Assembly (NCBI RefSeq): GCF_964204645.1
Contig: NC_134025.1
Coordinates: forward strand, 28,748,299-28,812,298
Direction: 5' to 3'
Origin: Tubulanus polymorphus
Lineage: Eukaryota; Animalia; Nemertea
Length of the DNA: 64,000 nt
Shown here: positions 63,091-64,000 of the stretch, one piece after another
Layout of the letters: every line of letters starts with the position of its first letter
Numbering within the stretch: the stretch's first letter is position 1
Translations under genes and position numbers: made by a program
The notes under the pieces: generated by a model
Seen by the model: only the letters and a program-made list of their open reading frames with translations
Databases searched by the model: none
Told to the model about the DNA's origin: nothing

Positions 63091-64000
63091 ATGACTATGA
63101 GTGAAGATCATAGCATTTTAGTCGATCAACTCAAAGAATTATTCCAGTTATCGGATACCGATGGAGAAGGTCGTCTCAATCGATCGCAGATATTTTATTT
63201 ATGTCAGAAAATACAACTTCACACGGATATCGAGAATGTGGTCGATACTATCATCGCAAATAATACAACGGTTTGTGTTTAGAATCATGCTCCGGTAAAA
63301 CATGAATTACACTTTAATACCGAATGGATCAATGATGATTTGTAATGCGATCTGAAATACTTTTTAGGTAAATTTTGAAGAATTTAGAGATGGTTTCATC
63401 GAAGTGTTAGAAACATTGGAGTCTCCGGACAATGAAAATCTCCCAACACCAGGTCAGTGAAATATATTCAAAATATGTAAAATAAACTCTGCCTTACACT
63501 TAGCGTTGGGACTAAATATATCACCAAGTTGAGAATCGGTGAAAAAGAAGGTTTTCCAAATAAAATTTTTGGAAAATTCATTGACTTAGCGTTTAACCAA
63601 GTTGGCAGGAACTGACTGAGACTGAATCTACGGTAAATGGTAATGATTGTTTTGGTAATGTAAAATCTTGCACTGGGATATAGTTGAAATGTTGAATATT
63701 AACTCAAGGAATCAGAATCTTGTAATTTGTATTGTGAGATTTTATATTATCTTTACAACACGTGTTTCAATGGTTCTAATAACTTCTGAATGAATTTTTC
63801 ATTTCATATTTTAGAAGCTTCGCCCAAGTTTTTCCACGAAGGAAAACGCTATGGACGAAGATCACGTCCGGATATGACGTCTGATGTCGATAGTAGTTCC
63901 TCATCACCTCGATCTGTTCGTAAAAACCTCACAAAACAATTCAAAAAGGTAAAGATGTTTTTGAATTTAAATCTATCGCGGTGATTGTCTATGATCTATC
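63091..64000 (+). CDS. Ninein / ninein-like centrosomal EF-hand protein, 5' part only
   Basis: QLKELFQLSDTDGEGRLNRSQIFYLCQKIQL; VNFEEFRDGFIEVL; ninein-family motif SPKFFHEGKRYGRRSRPD; exons 63075-63270, 63368-63452 and 63815-63948; truncated by the window edge. Confidence 0.85.

Overview
AT-rich, gene-dense animal (invertebrate-type) genomic DNA with many short introns of 60-120 nt; it is not prokaryotic and has no CRISPR array. The ORF track mostly shows exon fragments, so genes were rebuilt by hand from splice sites and translation. In order: an unidentified minus-strand membrane-protein gene running off the left edge; a full-length OCRL/INPP5B-type inositol 5-phosphatase; a tandem PH-less duplicate of it; RNase T2; a ~20 kb klarsicht-like spectrin-repeat/KASH gene; TRPT1; a GH3 beta-xylosidase; PSMD13; TMEM186; TAF12; GORASP; ZCRB1; and the 5' end of a ninein-like gene. 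Introns and UTRs hold a tRNA-derived SINE and several MITE families. I cannot demonstrate a new multi-gene system. The best leads are: (1) five U12 (minor-spliceosome) introns in the OCRL pair, with both copies in the duplicate showing degenerate signals and one probably ending AT-AT; (2) the duplicate keeps its catalytic motifs but has lost the PH domain, the AP-2 motif (FEDNF) and the clathrin box (LIDLE), and has gained a basic tail; (3) a possible PH-only, membrane-anchored isoform of the parent gene; (4) a shortened KASH peptide lacking the luminal cysteine; (5) solo Pol III B-boxes sitting at gene boundaries. Gene identities rest on recalled family motifs, not on database searches.
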